Numbered from the stretch's first letter, positions 1 through 9,979 are shown. The stretch: 64,000 nt of DNA from Candidatus Sumerlaeaceae bacterium (GCA_049968255.1 JBMFRB010000001.1:429495-493494), one strand, 5' to 3'. Made by a program: numbers and translations. The notes: generated by a model from the letters alone, not told the origin.

Positions 1-249
1 CGTGCCGAACTAGCGGCGCTTCTGTGTCGCAGCGCCAGTATTGCACCCGCGGTAGAGGTAACAATTCGTTTTCTCGATATGCCGCATTCCCATTGGGCCG
101 CACAATGGATTGAGCCACTCTATCGTCGCGACCTCTATGATGGGATTTGGCATGTCAATTTCCTTCCCGACAAGGCAGTGCCGCGCCACGAGCTGACACT
201 CATGCTCGATCGGCTCTTTGAGCCTTTTCGCAATTTAGCTTCACAATAA
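1..249 (+). CDS. 3' end of an S-layer homology (SLH) domain protein (partial, not in the ORF track)
   Basis: Frame 1 is open from base 1 to TAA at 247-249: RAELAALL...FLDMPHSHWAAQWIEPLYRRDLYDGIWHVNFLPDKAVPRHELTLMLDR. This fits the SLH pattern F-x-D...HWA...I..L...G....F.PD...R.E...ML.R. Confidence 0.75.
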   Translation, partial: RAELAALLCRSASIAPAVEVTIRFLDMPHSHWAAQWIEPLYRRDLYDGIWHVNFLPDKAVPRHELTLMLDRLFEPFRNLASQ

Positions 250-293
250 TTGAACGACGGACCAGTTGCCCGCGTTGCACCTAGGCGCGGTTA

Positions 294-331
294 TGCATTG
301 TTGAATATTTGGCTGATTTTCCAATAATGCA
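294..331. promoter_or_regulatory. Candidate ArsR/SmtB operator (nested imperfect inverted repeats)
   Basis: TGCATTGTTG (294-303) / CAATAATGCA (322-331) enclose TATTTGG...CCAATA, directly upstream of the ArsR gene. ArsR-family repressors are typically autoregulatory. Confidence 0.5.
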
Positions 332-346
332 ATATCGAACACTTCC

Positions 347-709
347 ATGAACAAGACTGCGACAAGAAAAAACCTCAAAGAACTGCCCCAATTCTCGATG
401 CGCCATCGGTTGCGAGCTCATATCCTCAAAGCCCTGGCGCATCCAGTGCGTTGGTATTTCGTCGAGGTCCTGGCGCACGGCCCACAGTGCGTGTGTGATC
501 TCCAGCATCTGGTGAATCTCGACATGTCGACTGTGTCGAAGCATCTCGCCGTGCTGAAGCAGGCCGGTATCGTCTGGGACGAAAAACGCGGCACACAGGT
601 GCTTTATCACCTCGCAACCCCGTGTGTGCTGAACGTGATCCCATGCGTCGAAGGAGTACTTGTTGCAGACATCAAACAGAAAATGGAGGCCATGAAGAGC
701 GATGAGTGA
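347..709 (+). CDS. arsR: ArsR/SmtB family metalloregulatory repressor
   Basis: LKALAHPVR...CVCDL...STVSKHLAVLKQAGIV...G..V.Y winged HTH with the alpha3 CVCD metal site. Confidence 0.9.
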   Translation: MNKTATRKNLKELPQFSMRHRLRAHILKALAHPVRWYFVEVLAHGPQCVCDLQHLVNLDMSTVSKHLAVLKQAGIVWDEKRGTQVLYHLATPCVLNVIPCVEGVLVADIKQKMEAMKSDE

Positions 710-2093
710 GATTCCGGGCAACGAGCAAGTACCGAGCGACGACTTTCCCGCGGCATTGAGCGTAAGTCAGCGCTTTGTCACTTTCCTCAGCAGGCTACAA
801 GAATTCGAGTGGAAGACTTTTCTCACATTGCTGTGCGTGTTCATCCTTGCGTATTTCTTGCCCGTGGGCACGCCACGGTTCGATGCCGCGGTTCAGGAAT
901 CGTTGCACCTTGTTAAGTGGTATGCACGCGAGCACGTGCTGTTGTGCCTTGTGCCTGCTTTCTTCATTGCGGGCGCAATTAGCGTATTTGTGAGCCAGGC
1001 TTCAGTGATGCGCTACCTGGGACCCAACGCAAATAAGCTGCTGGCTTATGGCGTGGCTTCTGTTTCGGGCACCATTCTCGCGGTATGTTCGTGCACGGTA
1101 TTGCCGCTTTTTGCGGGCATTTACAAGATGGGAGCAGGATTGGGTCCTGCCATTGCATTCCTATATTCTGGTCCGGCGATCAACATCCTGGCTATTGCAA
1201 TGACAGCGCGCGTGCTAGGTCTGGAGCTCGGCCTTGCCCGGAGCATTGGGGCGGTGAGTTTCAGCGTTTTGGCGGGTTTAGCGATGCACCTGCTTTTCCG
1301 CGGAGAGGAGCGCGAGAAGGGGCGCGTTGCCGCGATGATGCCTGAGCCCGAAGTAAAGCGGCCGTTATGGCAAAACGTGATATTTCTCGGATCTCAGGTG
1401 GCCGTGCTCGTGTTTGCAAACTGGGGCAAGCCTGATGTATCATCCGGATTGTGGTACGCGGTGTACCAACAGAAGTGGCTGATGACCGCCGCCAGCGCGC
1501 TTGTGCTGGCCATAACATTGCGCCAATGGTTTGGCGTGTCGACACAAGCCATACTGGCCAGCATCGTTGCCACGGGTTTGGCCGCATTTGTCGCGCCGCA
1601 TGAACCACTGATTCCTTTCGTCGTCGGTGTTATCGCTCTGACGCTGATCACAGCACTTGGCGCCAACGACGAGCTCAACGCGTGGGCTGCGGCCACGTGG
1701 ACTTTTACCAAGCAGATATTTCCGCTCCTTTTTGCGGGCGTATTTGTGGCCGGAATTTTACTCGGACGTCCGGGGCACGAAGGTCTCATTCCCAACCGCT
1801 GGGTAGAGAGCCTCGTGGGAGGCAATTCCGTGTGGGCGAATTTTTTTGCCAGCGTCTCTGGCGCGCTGATGTACTTTGCCACGCTCACGGAGGTACCCAT
1901 TTTGCAAGGACTTCTTGCAAGCGGGATGGGCAAGGGACCAGCGCTTGCCCTGTTACTTGCGGGACCAGCGTTGTCGCTCCCCAGCATGCTTGTTTTGAGA
2001 AGTATCATGGGCACGAAAAAGATGCTCGTTTATGTGACAATTGTCGTCCTTTTGGCCACGATTTCGGGGCTCCTCTACGGGTCCTTCTTTTAG
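702..2093 (+). CDS. arsP: ArsP/DUF318 family permease
   Basis: Polytopic membrane protein with VCSCTVLP, FLYSGPAIN, MYFATLTEVP and LLAGPALSLPS motifs; overlaps the arsR stop. Confidence 0.85.
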   Translation: MSEIPGNEQVPSDDFPAALSVSQRFVTFLSRLQEFEWKTFLTLLCVFILAYFLPVGTPRFDAAVQESLHLVKWYAREHVLLCLVPAFFIAGAISVFVSQASVMRYLGPNANKLLAYGVASVSGTILAVCSCTVLPLFAGIYKMGAGLGPAIAFLYSGPAINILAIAMTARVLGLELGLARSIGAVSFSVLAGLAMHLLFRGEEREKGRVAAMMPEPEVKRPLWQNVIFLGSQVAVLVFANWGKPDVSSGLWYAVYQQKWLMTAASALVLAITLRQWFGVSTQAILASIVATGLAAFVAPHEPLIPFVVGVIALTLITALGANDELNAWAAATWTFTKQIFPLLFAGVFVAGILLGRPGHEGLIPNRWVESLVGGNSVWANFFASVSGALMYFATLTEVPILQGLLASGMGKGPALALLLAGPALSLPSMLVLRSIMGTKKMLVYVTIVVLLATISGLLYGSFF

Positions 2094-2177
2094 AAAAAGA
2101 AGGGAACACGTTGAAGATCATCGAGCCCCTTTCCAGGCAGACAAAAAATCGAAAAAACAAGAAAGGAGAGTCGCAAG

Positions 2178-2411
2178 ATGGTCAAAATTCAAATTCTGGG
2201 AACGGGTTGCGCCAAGTGCAAGAAGCTCACCGAACTTGCTGAGCAGGCCGCAAAAGAATTGGGCCTTGAGTACGAACTGGAGAAAGTGACGGACATCAAC
2301 AAAATCATAGAGTTCGGCGTGATGTCAACGCCCGCGTTGGCGATTAATGGGCAGGTCAAGCTAGCTGGAAAACTTCCGACTGTGGACGAAATGAAGACGC
2401 TGCTGAAGTGA
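2178..2411 (+). CDS. Small thioredoxin-like redox-active disulfide protein (MTH895/ArsE type)
   Basis: KIQILGTGCAKCKKL...GVMSTPALAING; AAGGAG RBS upstream. Confidence 0.9.
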   Translation: MVKIQILGTGCAKCKKLTELAEQAAKELGLEYELEKVTDINKIIEFGVMSTPALAINGQVKLAGKLPTVDEMKTLLK

Positions 2412-2506
2412 CCGCTCAACCGACAGACGCACGGCGGCGCCTACCACGCGAGGTAAGCGCCGCGCACCCAAGCGCTCAAGATTTCAGAGCAAAAGGAGAG
2501 AAAGAT

Positions 2507-3004
2507 ATGAAGCTCGATGGACTCACAAAAGCAGCTGTTCTTCTCTTTGTCGCCGTCTCGCTTTCGGTCTGGGCAGACACGACCGGAAGCAAAACGCGAA
2601 ATGGTGGTTCCGGCAGCAGCAAACCGGACAAGTTAGAGAGATCCGAAAAGGCTCCAACTGAAAAGACTGTGCTCACTGTGTACTATTTTCACGGTCATGT
2701 TCGATGCTCTAACTGTATCAATTTTGAGCACTTTACCGATGAGCTTCTAAAACGCGATTTCGCAAAGGAGCTCGCAAGCGGGCGCATTGTGTGGAAAGTC
2801 GTAAACGTAGATTTACCTGAGAACTCGCACTTTGTAGACGAGTACAAGCTCTACACCAAGTCGCTGGTCCTTGTGCCGCACAGTTCTGGCAAAAGCGGCG
2901 AGTACAAGAACCTTACGAAAATTTGGCAATTCGCGGGCGACAAGGCAAAGTTCCAGGCTTATGTGAGAGAAGAGATCCTGAAGCTTCTTGGAGAGAGCAA
3001 GTGA
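2507..3004 (+). CDS. ArsF-family exported thioredoxin-fold protein
   Basis: ATG at 2507 follows AAGGAG; N-terminal signal/TM segment; VYYFHGHVRCSNC (CxxC) motif; lies between the Trx and CcdA-like genes. Confidence 0.75.
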   Translation: MKLDGLTKAAVLLFVAVSLSVWADTTGSKTRNGGSGSSKPDKLERSEKAPTEKTVLTVYYFHGHVRCSNCINFEHFTDELLKRDFAKELASGRIVWKVVNVDLPENSHFVDEYKLYTKSLVLVPHSSGKSGEYKNLTKIWQFAGDKAKFQAYVREEILKLLGESK

Positions 3005-3747
3005 TGTTCAATGGGATGGGAACCTCCTGTTTAATCCTCGCCACAGCCCTATGGGTGGGGATACTCACGTCGATAAGTCCATGCCCATTGGCGACAAACA
3101 TCGCCGCGATGTCTTATCTTGCAAAGCATGTCGGCGCCCCCCGCATGGCTGTAGAGCGGGGAGTCCTGTACTCGGTTGGAAGAACTCTTGCTTATATCAT
3201 CCTGGCAGTGATCTTTGTTAAAAGCGCCTTATCCTCCCCCCGAGTGGCCCAAGTTATTCAGAAAGTCATGAGTGTAGTCATTGGCCCGCTACTGATTTTC
3301 ATTGCCTGCTTTCTTCTAGAGTGGGTCCGGTTGCCAAGCTTTTCGCTCGTGGGCGAGAGTGAACGAATTCAAAAATGGGCAGAGCGCTCTGGTAACCTAG
3401 GTGCCCTGCTCCTGGGATTTGTTTTTGCCCTTACGTTCTGCCCGGTGTCAGCAGGCTTGTTTTTTGGCACACTTATTCCCCTCGCGCTTCAGACCCAGTC
3501 TGTGTTCTTCGTGCCTGCCCTCTACGGGCTAGGCTCTGCTATGCCGGTGGTGGCTTTTGCGCTAGTGCTTGTTTTCAGTGCGGCGAGTCTGGGCAAAATT
3601 TTTAACGTCATGACCCATGTGGAGAAATGGGCACGCACCATAACAGCGGTTGTTTTCTTCCTGGTTGGACTGTTCCTCATGTGGCGAAGCTTGCCATTTT
3701 ATGTGGAGTGGCTGGGAATCAGATCATCAATGGAGGGTTTACAATGA
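3001..3747 (+). CDS. ArsG/CcdA-like membrane protein
   Basis: GILTSISPCPLATN and FALTFCPVSA paired Cys-Pro motifs of the DsbD-beta/CcdA family; GTGA/ATG start overlaps the upstream stop. Confidence 0.8.
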   Translation: MMFNGMGTSCLILATALWVGILTSISPCPLATNIAAMSYLAKHVGAPRMAVERGVLYSVGRTLAYIILAVIFVKSALSSPRVAQVIQKVMSVVIGPLLIFIACFLLEWVRLPSFSLVGESERIQKWAERSGNLGALLLGFVFALTFCPVSAGLFFGTLIPLALQTQSVFFVPALYGLGSAMPVVAFALVLVFSAASLGKIFNVMTHVEKWARTITAVVFFLVGLFLMWRSLPFYVEWLGIRSSMEGLQ

Positions 3748-4127
3748 GCTCATGTTCTTGTGGTGCTCGCTTGGTGTACAGAGCTGTGTGCTCCTGTTCG
3801 GGAGCAGCGGACACGGGGTGTATCGCCGATCATGCGGCCCGACTTATTTCAGCACGTAAAATCGCAAAGGGGTCCTGCGCCGCAGCGATAGCCGCTGGCG
3901 ACGAGGAGATTTCCAATTGGACTGTGGCATCGGAACACGTTCTTGTGATTGATGGTTGCGAGAAAAGTTGTGCGAAGAAGATCCTTGAAAGCCGGGGCTT
4001 CATCGACCTGCTTCACGTACGTGTGACGGATTTGGGCATGGAGAAAGGCAAAACGCCTGTTACCGACGAAGCGGTGGAGAAAGTTGTCGCCCACGCGGTC
4101 GCGCTGTTTCCAGCGAAGAAGAAGTGA
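3744..4127 (+). CDS. DGC-domain putative zinc-binding protein
   Basis: CSGAADTG...AAR...SC...IDGCEKSCAKK...DLG.EKG; ATGA overlap with the upstream gene. Confidence 0.8.
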   Translation: MSSCSCGARLVYRAVCSCSGAADTGCIADHAARLISARKIAKGSCAAAIAAGDEEISNWTVASEHVLVIDGCEKSCAKKILESRGFIDLLHVRVTDLGMEKGKTPVTDEAVEKVVAHAVALFPAKKK

Positions 4128-4607
4128 AAGTCACCCAGGAGAGAACCAAACTTCCAGCCAGCAACGAAAACTTGAAAGCTGTAACATGCAACGACACTGA
4201 CTAGTCCTCCAAAAGCCTGAACCTGGATCTCACGTGTGTGCGGTGAAATCCGGGTTGTCTTTTTCCCCCGCCTGTTGAAAAGGGCATGCGAACAAAAAAT
4301 CTTCACTCATCTGAGCGCTGCCACCCGTGCTCTCTGTGAGATAAACTTGGCAGAGGGCCGTCATTCTCGGCAATAGGCTATTCCTGCCCGTATATTCTCG
4401 CTAACAGCAGATGACCGTTTCGCCAAAACGACAGCGCTCCACGTCGATGGAGTTGTCTTTTCCTGAGAATTTTAGTCAGCGACGTCTACCTGTGGCTCTT
4501 TTCTTACTGAGAACGTATGTTCAGAAAATTGTCCTCGAGGGAAGAGCAAAATGAGACAGATTTCGAACGTTTCCGGTGGATGCGGTGGAATAAACTACGA
4601 AACGGAC

Positions 4608-4700
4608 TGGCGGAGAGGGGGGGATTCGAACCCCCGCTACAGGTATTCCCCGTAGGACGGTTTAGCAAACCGCTGCCTTCAGCCACTCGGCCACCTCTCC
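4608..4700 (-). tRNA. tRNA-Ser (anticodon GCT)
   Basis: GGAGAGG/CCTCTCC acceptor stem, G discriminator, encoded CCA, anticodon arm GCGGT-TTGCTAA-ACCGT, long variable arm, GGTTCGAATCC T-arm. Confidence 0.97.
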
Positions 4701-4846
4701 GTTTGCCAAACCTGTCCGAATTTACGTGCTTTGCAGTCAAGTATTCAGTCGCAAGGCACAGTCCGTGCGCTTGCGCACACGGACGATTCCATGCTTGCGC
4801 TGAGTGAGCGTAACTGCGTACTTATTGGCTTTGGAAGGAGCGCTGA

Positions 4847-5968
4847 ATGAGCAACAAGGATGATTCCGCGTGGAATGAGTCGAACTTTCAAGAAATCGAC
4901 AATGAGCACTACGCACGTTTCAAAGATCTTATTGCAGCGGCAGTGCGCGAAGGAGCGAGTGACCTGCATCTGAGAGCTGGTCAACCGCCACGCGTGCGCA
5001 TTGATGGGCAGCTTTACCTCGTGGATGGTCCTCCGATTACCGAGGAGGCGCTCCGGACGTTTGTTTACTCGATGCTCCAGCCGGAACAAATTGAACGTTT
5101 TGAGCGAACGCACGAGCTGGATTTTTCGCAGACCTTCCCTGGGATCACGCGATCGCGTTTCAATCTTTACGTGCAGCAAGGGATGCTGTGTGTGTCCGCG
5201 CGCCTGATTCCCGAGCGCGTTCCCTCTATGGAGGAAATCTTATTGCCGCCCATTGTCTACTCTTTCGTCAATTTGCAGTCTGGGCTTGTTCTGGTCACAG
5301 GGCCCACAGGCAGTGGCAAATCCACGACATTGGCTGCGGTGATTGACTACATCAACGAGAACCGCCGGACGCACATCCTGACAATCGAAGACCCGATCGA
5401 ATATGTGTTCAAAGAGAAGCGTTCCATGATCAGTCAGCGCGAGATGTCGCTCGACACACTGAGTTATCACCACGCACTGCGCCATGCGTTCCGCCAGGAT
5501 CCGGACATCGTCATGATTGGCGAAATGCGAGACCTGGAGACGATGCAAGCGGCCATTACGCTAGCTGAAACAGGACACTTGACGTTTTCCACGCTGCACA
5601 CAACTGAAGCTGCCACGACCATCAACCGCATTATTGACTCTTTCCCGCCGCACCAACAGCCGCAAATCCGAGCGCAGCTCGCTGTGTCGCTCCAGGGAAT
5701 CATCTCGCAGAAGCTCGTTCCGCTCAAAGACCGGCGGGGGCGCGTGGCGGCACGCGAAATCCTCGTTTGCAACCGCGCTGTGCGCAATCTCATCCGCGAG
5801 GGCAAGGTGCCGCAAATTTTCTCAGCTATTCAGACCGGCATTGAAGAAGGAATGATAACGCTCAACGCCTCGCTGGGCGAGCTCTATCGCCAGGGGGTTA
5901 TCAGCTATGAGACAGCCCTCGCCCACGCTACTGATCGGCGTGATTTTGCCCAGAAATACGGCAGTTAG
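4847..5968 (+). CDS. pilT: Type IV pilus retraction ATPase PilT/PilU family
   Basis: ASDLHL, GPTGSGKST Walker A, TIEDPIE Asp box, RQDPD.VMIGEMRD, TLHT His box, AVRNLIRE motif. Confidence 0.93.
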   Translation: MSNKDDSAWNESNFQEIDNEHYARFKDLIAAAVREGASDLHLRAGQPPRVRIDGQLYLVDGPPITEEALRTFVYSMLQPEQIERFERTHELDFSQTFPGITRSRFNLYVQQGMLCVSARLIPERVPSMEEILLPPIVYSFVNLQSGLVLVTGPTGSGKSTTLAAVIDYINENRRTHILTIEDPIEYVFKEKRSMISQREMSLDTLSYHHALRHAFRQDPDIVMIGEMRDLETMQAAITLAETGHLTFSTLHTTEAATTINRIIDSFPPHQQPQIRAQLAVSLQGIISQKLVPLKDRRGRVAAREILVCNRAVRNLIREGKVPQIFSAIQTGIEEGMITLNASLGELYRQGVISYETALAHATDRRDFAQKYGS

Positions 5969-5990
5969 AGCGTAGCGGCGATCGCGGGCC

Positions 5991-6509
5991 TCAGCTTGTA
6001 GGATTGCTCCTAGAGTGGCGGCGACGCCAGTCTTGCTCAAACTCAGCAACGAAACGTTCCTGCTCATCCGTTTCTACGGAGCCAGGCCGCTTGCGCCGCA
6101 CGAATGCGATGGCGTCCCCTGCAGGATAGCCTTGGGTGACGAGATAACAAGATAGCATAGTTCCAGTGCGACCATATCCCGCATGGCAGTGCACCGCTAC
6201 GGCTTTCCCCTGTGCCCGTTGATGGTCGACAAATTCCACAAAGCGGTGCGCCTGCTCGAGGCTCGGCGTGCCAAAATCTGGGATCGGCAGGTGCAAATAA
6301 GGAATGCCAAATTCGGCAAGTGCGTGAAGTGGCAAGCCCGTCTCATCGAGCGAAATCAAGGCTCCGATGCCGTGATTTAGCAGCTGTTGGAGAGCTTGCC
6401 GTAGGTTGCCTGAGGAGTGTGGGTGAGCACATCCGGCCAGGACACCATCCACGACGTACGAAAAATTTCGAAGCAAGCGCACCACTCCTCGCGGCTCGGC
6501 GATTGGCAA
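5991..6509 (-). CDS. Cys-dependent dual-specificity/tyrosine protein phosphatase
   Basis: VHCHAGYGRTG (HCx5R) loop, PIPDF acid loop, RRKRPGSVET..Q. Start codon uncertain. Confidence 0.88.
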   Translation of the reverse strand: MPIAEPRGVVRLLRNFSYVVDGVLAGCAHPHSSGNLRQALQQLLNHGIGALISLDETGLPLHALAEFGIPYLHLPIPDFGTPSLEQAHRFVEFVDHQRAQGKAVAVHCHAGYGRTGTMLSCYLVTQGYPAGDAIAFVRRKRPGSVETDEQERFVAEFEQDWRRRHSRSNPTS

Positions 6510-6533
6510 AGGTGCGCCACCACCAGAAGCCGC

Positions 6534-6971
6534 CTAACAATAATGGTCGAATGCATTGGTCAGGTCGCGTGCAATCGCGTAAGGATCGCGCCCTTCAATA
6601 TCCTGACGCTGAAGCATAAATACAACCTTGCCCTCACGAAGCAAGGCCATTTGAGGCGACGAAGGGGGATAGCCAACAAAGTAGCTGCGAGCCCGTTCCA
6701 CCGCTTCGCGATCCACGCCGGCAAACACGGTGACCACGCGATCGGGCAGTTTGGAGTGGCGAAGAGCCAAGGCGACGGCGGGACGAGCACCGCCCGCTGC
6801 ACAGCCACAGACCGAATTCACCACGACCAGGACGGTGCCTTTGTGGGTGAGGGCTTCATCCACCTGCTCAGGCGTACGCAGATCCTCAACGCCGAGCGAG
6901 GTGAGTTCTTGGCGCATTGGTTCTGTCATTTCCGGTGGATACATGGGGGCCATACGGAAAAAGCTGCTCAT
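6534..6971 (-). CDS. BrxA/BrxB family bacilliredoxin
   Basis: VVNSVCGCAAGGARP (CGC motif), VTVFAGVD, YPPSSP, R.DIEG. Confidence 0.92.
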   Translation of the reverse strand: MSSFFRMAPMYPPEMTEPMRQELTSLGVEDLRTPEQVDEALTHKGTVLVVVNSVCGCAAGGARPAVALALRHSKLPDRVVTVFAGVDREAVERARSYFVGYPPSSPQMALLREGKVVFMLQRQDIEGRDPYAIARDLTNAFDHYC

Positions 6972-7149
6972 TCTTCGTCGCTCCTTGTGGCGCTTGTGTT
7001 TTGGAATCGTGCAGAATTAGTACCTAATTAGTCTGTTTTCATTCAGAATCTTCTCTCAGAGTGCCCTCGGCTAAAAGAGAATGCGCAAAAGCATGCGACA
7101 CTGTGTTATTGATTGAACAGGCAGCAGGATTTTGCCTGATAACGCACAA

Positions 7150-9084
7150 ATGAAAACTGCGCAGAGAAAAGCTTCGGACGAAGAGGCTCTTGCGCGGCTC
7201 ACAAGAGCGCTGGGAGCACTCGCTGTCGTGCTGTGGGCAGCGAGCTGCTACAAGCAATCGTTGCCTTATCCTTTTTTGGGAGCTTTGTGGGCTGGCACGC
7301 TAGCCGTGCTGTGTTTTGTGCTCGGATGGCTGACGCTAATTCGGCCCGCAGCGATCTCGCAGCTCATTGCGCCTCTTGGCGCAGCGTTTGCCTTTACCGC
7401 TTGGACGCTGGCGCGCTGGTGGGCTGACGGCAGGCCGACAGTGGGCGCTGAAAACGTGATCACCGTGCTAACGTGGTGCGCTTGGTTTTTCGTAGCTGCG
7501 CAACTCATTGCACTCGCCCGTGGGCAATTCGCCTCCCACACGGACAGTTCGCACTGTTCGAAAGTTTTGTTTGTGCCAATGGCCGCTCTGGGTGGCCTGG
7601 CCGCCGTCTTCGCGGTGCACTCGATTCTGCAATATACAGTTTTGTACGACCTGCAGCTGAGTGAGCTTCGCGCTTCAATCGGCGATAGAACCCCGACAGC
7701 ACTGGAAATGGGTCTGATTCATCATTTTCAACTCAAGCGAGTCGCTTCTGTGTGGGGTGATCCCAACGCGTTCGCGGCGTTTTGTGCCTTGGGCTTTGGT
7801 GGTGCCCTTTTCACATGGTGGCACGCGAAGGGTTTCAAGTGGGCGATTTTTCTCAGGGGGGCTGGAGCTACAGCGATGGCCCTGTGCGTTGCGGGGATCT
7901 TCCTGAGTGGTTCACGCGGTGGGATCCTTGACCTGGTCGTGCTAGTGGTAGTGGCTGCTGCAATCGCGCGACGGCGCAAGCTCGAGCAAGCCGCAGTCTT
8001 GGCACTTGCGCTCGTTTTGGGCGCAACAGCATTGGCCGATGAACCAAGCCGAGGTCAAGGGCCTCGCGCAGTTTGGTGGAAACGCAGCGATACGATTCGC
8101 GAGCGCCTGCATTACGCGGAGATTGGGTGGAAGGTTTTCTCGAGCTCGCCGCTAGTAGGCGCAGGGCCAGGTTGCGTGGAGAAGTTTTACGGTAGGCTCA
8201 AGACTGCCGAGGCGCGTGAATCGAAATTTCTCCATAATTGGCTTCTGCAGATTGCTGCCGAGACAGGCGTGCTCGGTGTGCTTCTCTACTGCTTCGCCGT
8301 GCTAGCCGTCGTGCGTCTGGCGTGGCGCATGCGGCAGGAATGCGGGTTTTGCAGCGCAGTGCTGACAGCTCTCGTGGTCACATTTCTTTTGGATAGCTTT
8401 ATTGAGCTCTCTTACAACCAACGCGAGCTCATGGCGACATTCAGCATCCTCTGCGGGCTGACAACAGGAGCGGCCGGTCCCCCGGAGACGTTATCTGCAC
8501 GTCAGCAGCGAACCGCCCAGTGGCTCATCGCCGTGATGAGCCTTTTTCTCGGACTGGCAATGGGCCTCATTGCTATTCCGCGCGCATTGGCCAATGGTTT
8601 CCGGGATCTGGCAGAATCAAAACTTGAGGCGAAAGATGCAAACGGTTCCAAAGAAGACCTGCAACGAGCGTTGCGCTGGGCGGGAGAAGATCCCACAAGC
8701 TTGGCGCTTTCTGGGGAGCTTCAGCGCCAGACCCACGATTTTGTAGGGGCGGAGCGCACTTTGCGGCAAGCGCTTCAGGTGGCTCCTTGGAGCGCGAGCC
8801 TTCATGTCCAACTCGCCGCCACTCTTCGTGATCTTGGCAAATTCGATGAGGCCGAGAAGATGTTGCGCGCTGCCATCGAGCTATATCCCACGAAGGCAGA
8901 ATACTGGTACGAACTGGCGCAGTTGCTAGAAACTCGAGGCCGTTTGAGGGAAGCGCGGGAAGCGGCCGAAAAAGCGTGTGAATTTAGCTACCTTTATCCT
9001 GAACGTGACCGAGCACTGAAGCAACGGATCGAGAGTAAATTGCGCGAACAGGACACGACTTACTCTGCCACGGAGTCACCATGA
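7150..9084 (+). CDS. O-antigen ligase/O-oligosaccharyltransferase-like (Wzy_C) membrane protein with C-terminal TPRs
   Basis: Multiple TM helices, GDPNAFA, LSGSRGG, ER.HY..., PLVGAG, HNWLLQIAAETGVLG, then TPR-like repeats. Confidence 0.8.
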   Translation: MKTAQRKASDEEALARLTRALGALAVVLWAASCYKQSLPYPFLGALWAGTLAVLCFVLGWLTLIRPAAISQLIAPLGAAFAFTAWTLARWWADGRPTVGAENVITVLTWCAWFFVAAQLIALARGQFASHTDSSHCSKVLFVPMAALGGLAAVFAVHSILQYTVLYDLQLSELRASIGDRTPTALEMGLIHHFQLKRVASVWGDPNAFAAFCALGFGGALFTWWHAKGFKWAIFLRGAGATAMALCVAGIFLSGSRGGILDLVVLVVVAAAIARRRKLEQAAVLALALVLGATALADEPSRGQGPRAVWWKRSDTIRERLHYAEIGWKVFSSSPLVGAGPGCVEKFYGRLKTAEARESKFLHNWLLQIAAETGVLGVLLYCFAVLAVVRLAWRMRQECGFCSAVLTALVVTFLLDSFIELSYNQRELMATFSILCGLTTGAAGPPETLSARQQRTAQWLIAVMSLFLGLAMGLIAIPRALANGFRDLAESKLEAKDANGSKEDLQRALRWAGEDPTSLALSGELQRQTHDFVGAERTLRQALQVAPWSASLHVQLAATLRDLGKFDEAEKMLRAAIELYPTKAEYWYELAQLLETRGRLREAREAAEKACEFSYLYPERDRALKQRIESKLREQDTTYSATESP

Positions 9085-9947
9085 TTCGTTTGAAGTCCTA
9101 TGCGAAAATCAACTGGTACTTACGAGTGGGGCAGCGCCGTAAGGACGGCTTCCACGAAATCGAGACGATTTTTCAGGAAATTGATCTAACGGACGAGCTC
9201 ACGTTCGAGCCACTCGAGGCGCCCGTGTGCGAAATCCACGGCATGCCTTTCGAGCTACCACCAGAGCAAAATTTGATTTGGCGGGCATGGCAATTGCTGC
9301 GGCGTGAAGTTGGCAACAACGTCGGCGGCATACGCATCGCGGTGCAAAAACGCATTCCAGCCGCTGGAGGCTTAGGAGGGGCGAGTTCGAACGCCGCGAC
9401 AACGTTACGCGCGCTGAACACCATGTTCAGCTTGAAGCTGAGAGTAGAGGAACTTGAAGGTTTGGGCGCCAAGCTTGGTAGCGATGTCGCCTTTTTCATT
9501 CGCGGTGGTTGCGCAGTGGGACGGGGGCGTGGCGAGGTGCTTCAGCAAATCCAAGGTGTGCCGGCCTATCCTCTCGTTCTTGTTTTTCCCGATGCCAAAG
9601 TGCCAACAGCCGAAGCGTACCAGCGCTTGAGTGGCCTCCCGCGGCCTAGACCGCCGGCGCACTTGGAAGCTGTCTTAGCAGCATTACGTGCTGGCGATCC
9701 TGTGGCTCTTGCTCCGCTGCTTCACAATGATTTTCAGATCCTTGTCGAAAAGGAGCTGTGGTTCACCGAGGCCGCTTCGTTGCTTCGCAATTTAGGATGT
9801 CTGAATTTCCTACTCAGTGGAAGCGGAAGTACGGTTTTCGGCCTAAAAAACACACTTGAACACGCATTTTCGAGCCGAAGAAGTAACAATAGCGTAATGC
9901 CAAGCTGGAGTCTGGAGGTCTGGACTCGGCCAGAAACACCAGTGTAG
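9081..9947 (+). CDS. ispE: 4-diphosphocytidyl-2-C-methyl-D-erythritol kinase
   Basis: AKINWYL...DGFHEIET, KRIPAAGGLGGASSNAA, LGSDV.FF, LSGSGSTVF. Confidence 0.93.
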   Translation: MIRLKSYAKINWYLRVGQRRKDGFHEIETIFQEIDLTDELTFEPLEAPVCEIHGMPFELPPEQNLIWRAWQLLRREVGNNVGGIRIAVQKRIPAAGGLGGASSNAATTLRALNTMFSLKLRVEELEGLGAKLGSDVAFFIRGGCAVGRGRGEVLQQIQGVPAYPLVLVFPDAKVPTAEAYQRLSGLPRPRPPAHLEAVLAALRAGDPVALAPLLHNDFQILVEKELWFTEAASLLRNLGCLNFLLSGSGSTVFGLKNTLEHAFSSRRSNNSVMPSWSLEVWTRPETPV

Positions 9948-9979
9948 GAGCAAATTTTACGAGGGGAAACTGAAGCACC

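Noticed and set aside
2178-4127. Selenocysteine read-through in the Trx or DGC genes
   Set aside because: The redox and metal motifs use ordinary Cys codons; the TGA codons occur only at natural C-termini.
347-4700. ars cluster as a genomic island integrated at the tRNA-Ser 3' end
   Set aside because: No integrase, no visible duplicated tRNA 3' end and no obvious composition shift. The far boundary could lie outside the window, so this is unsupported rather than excluded.
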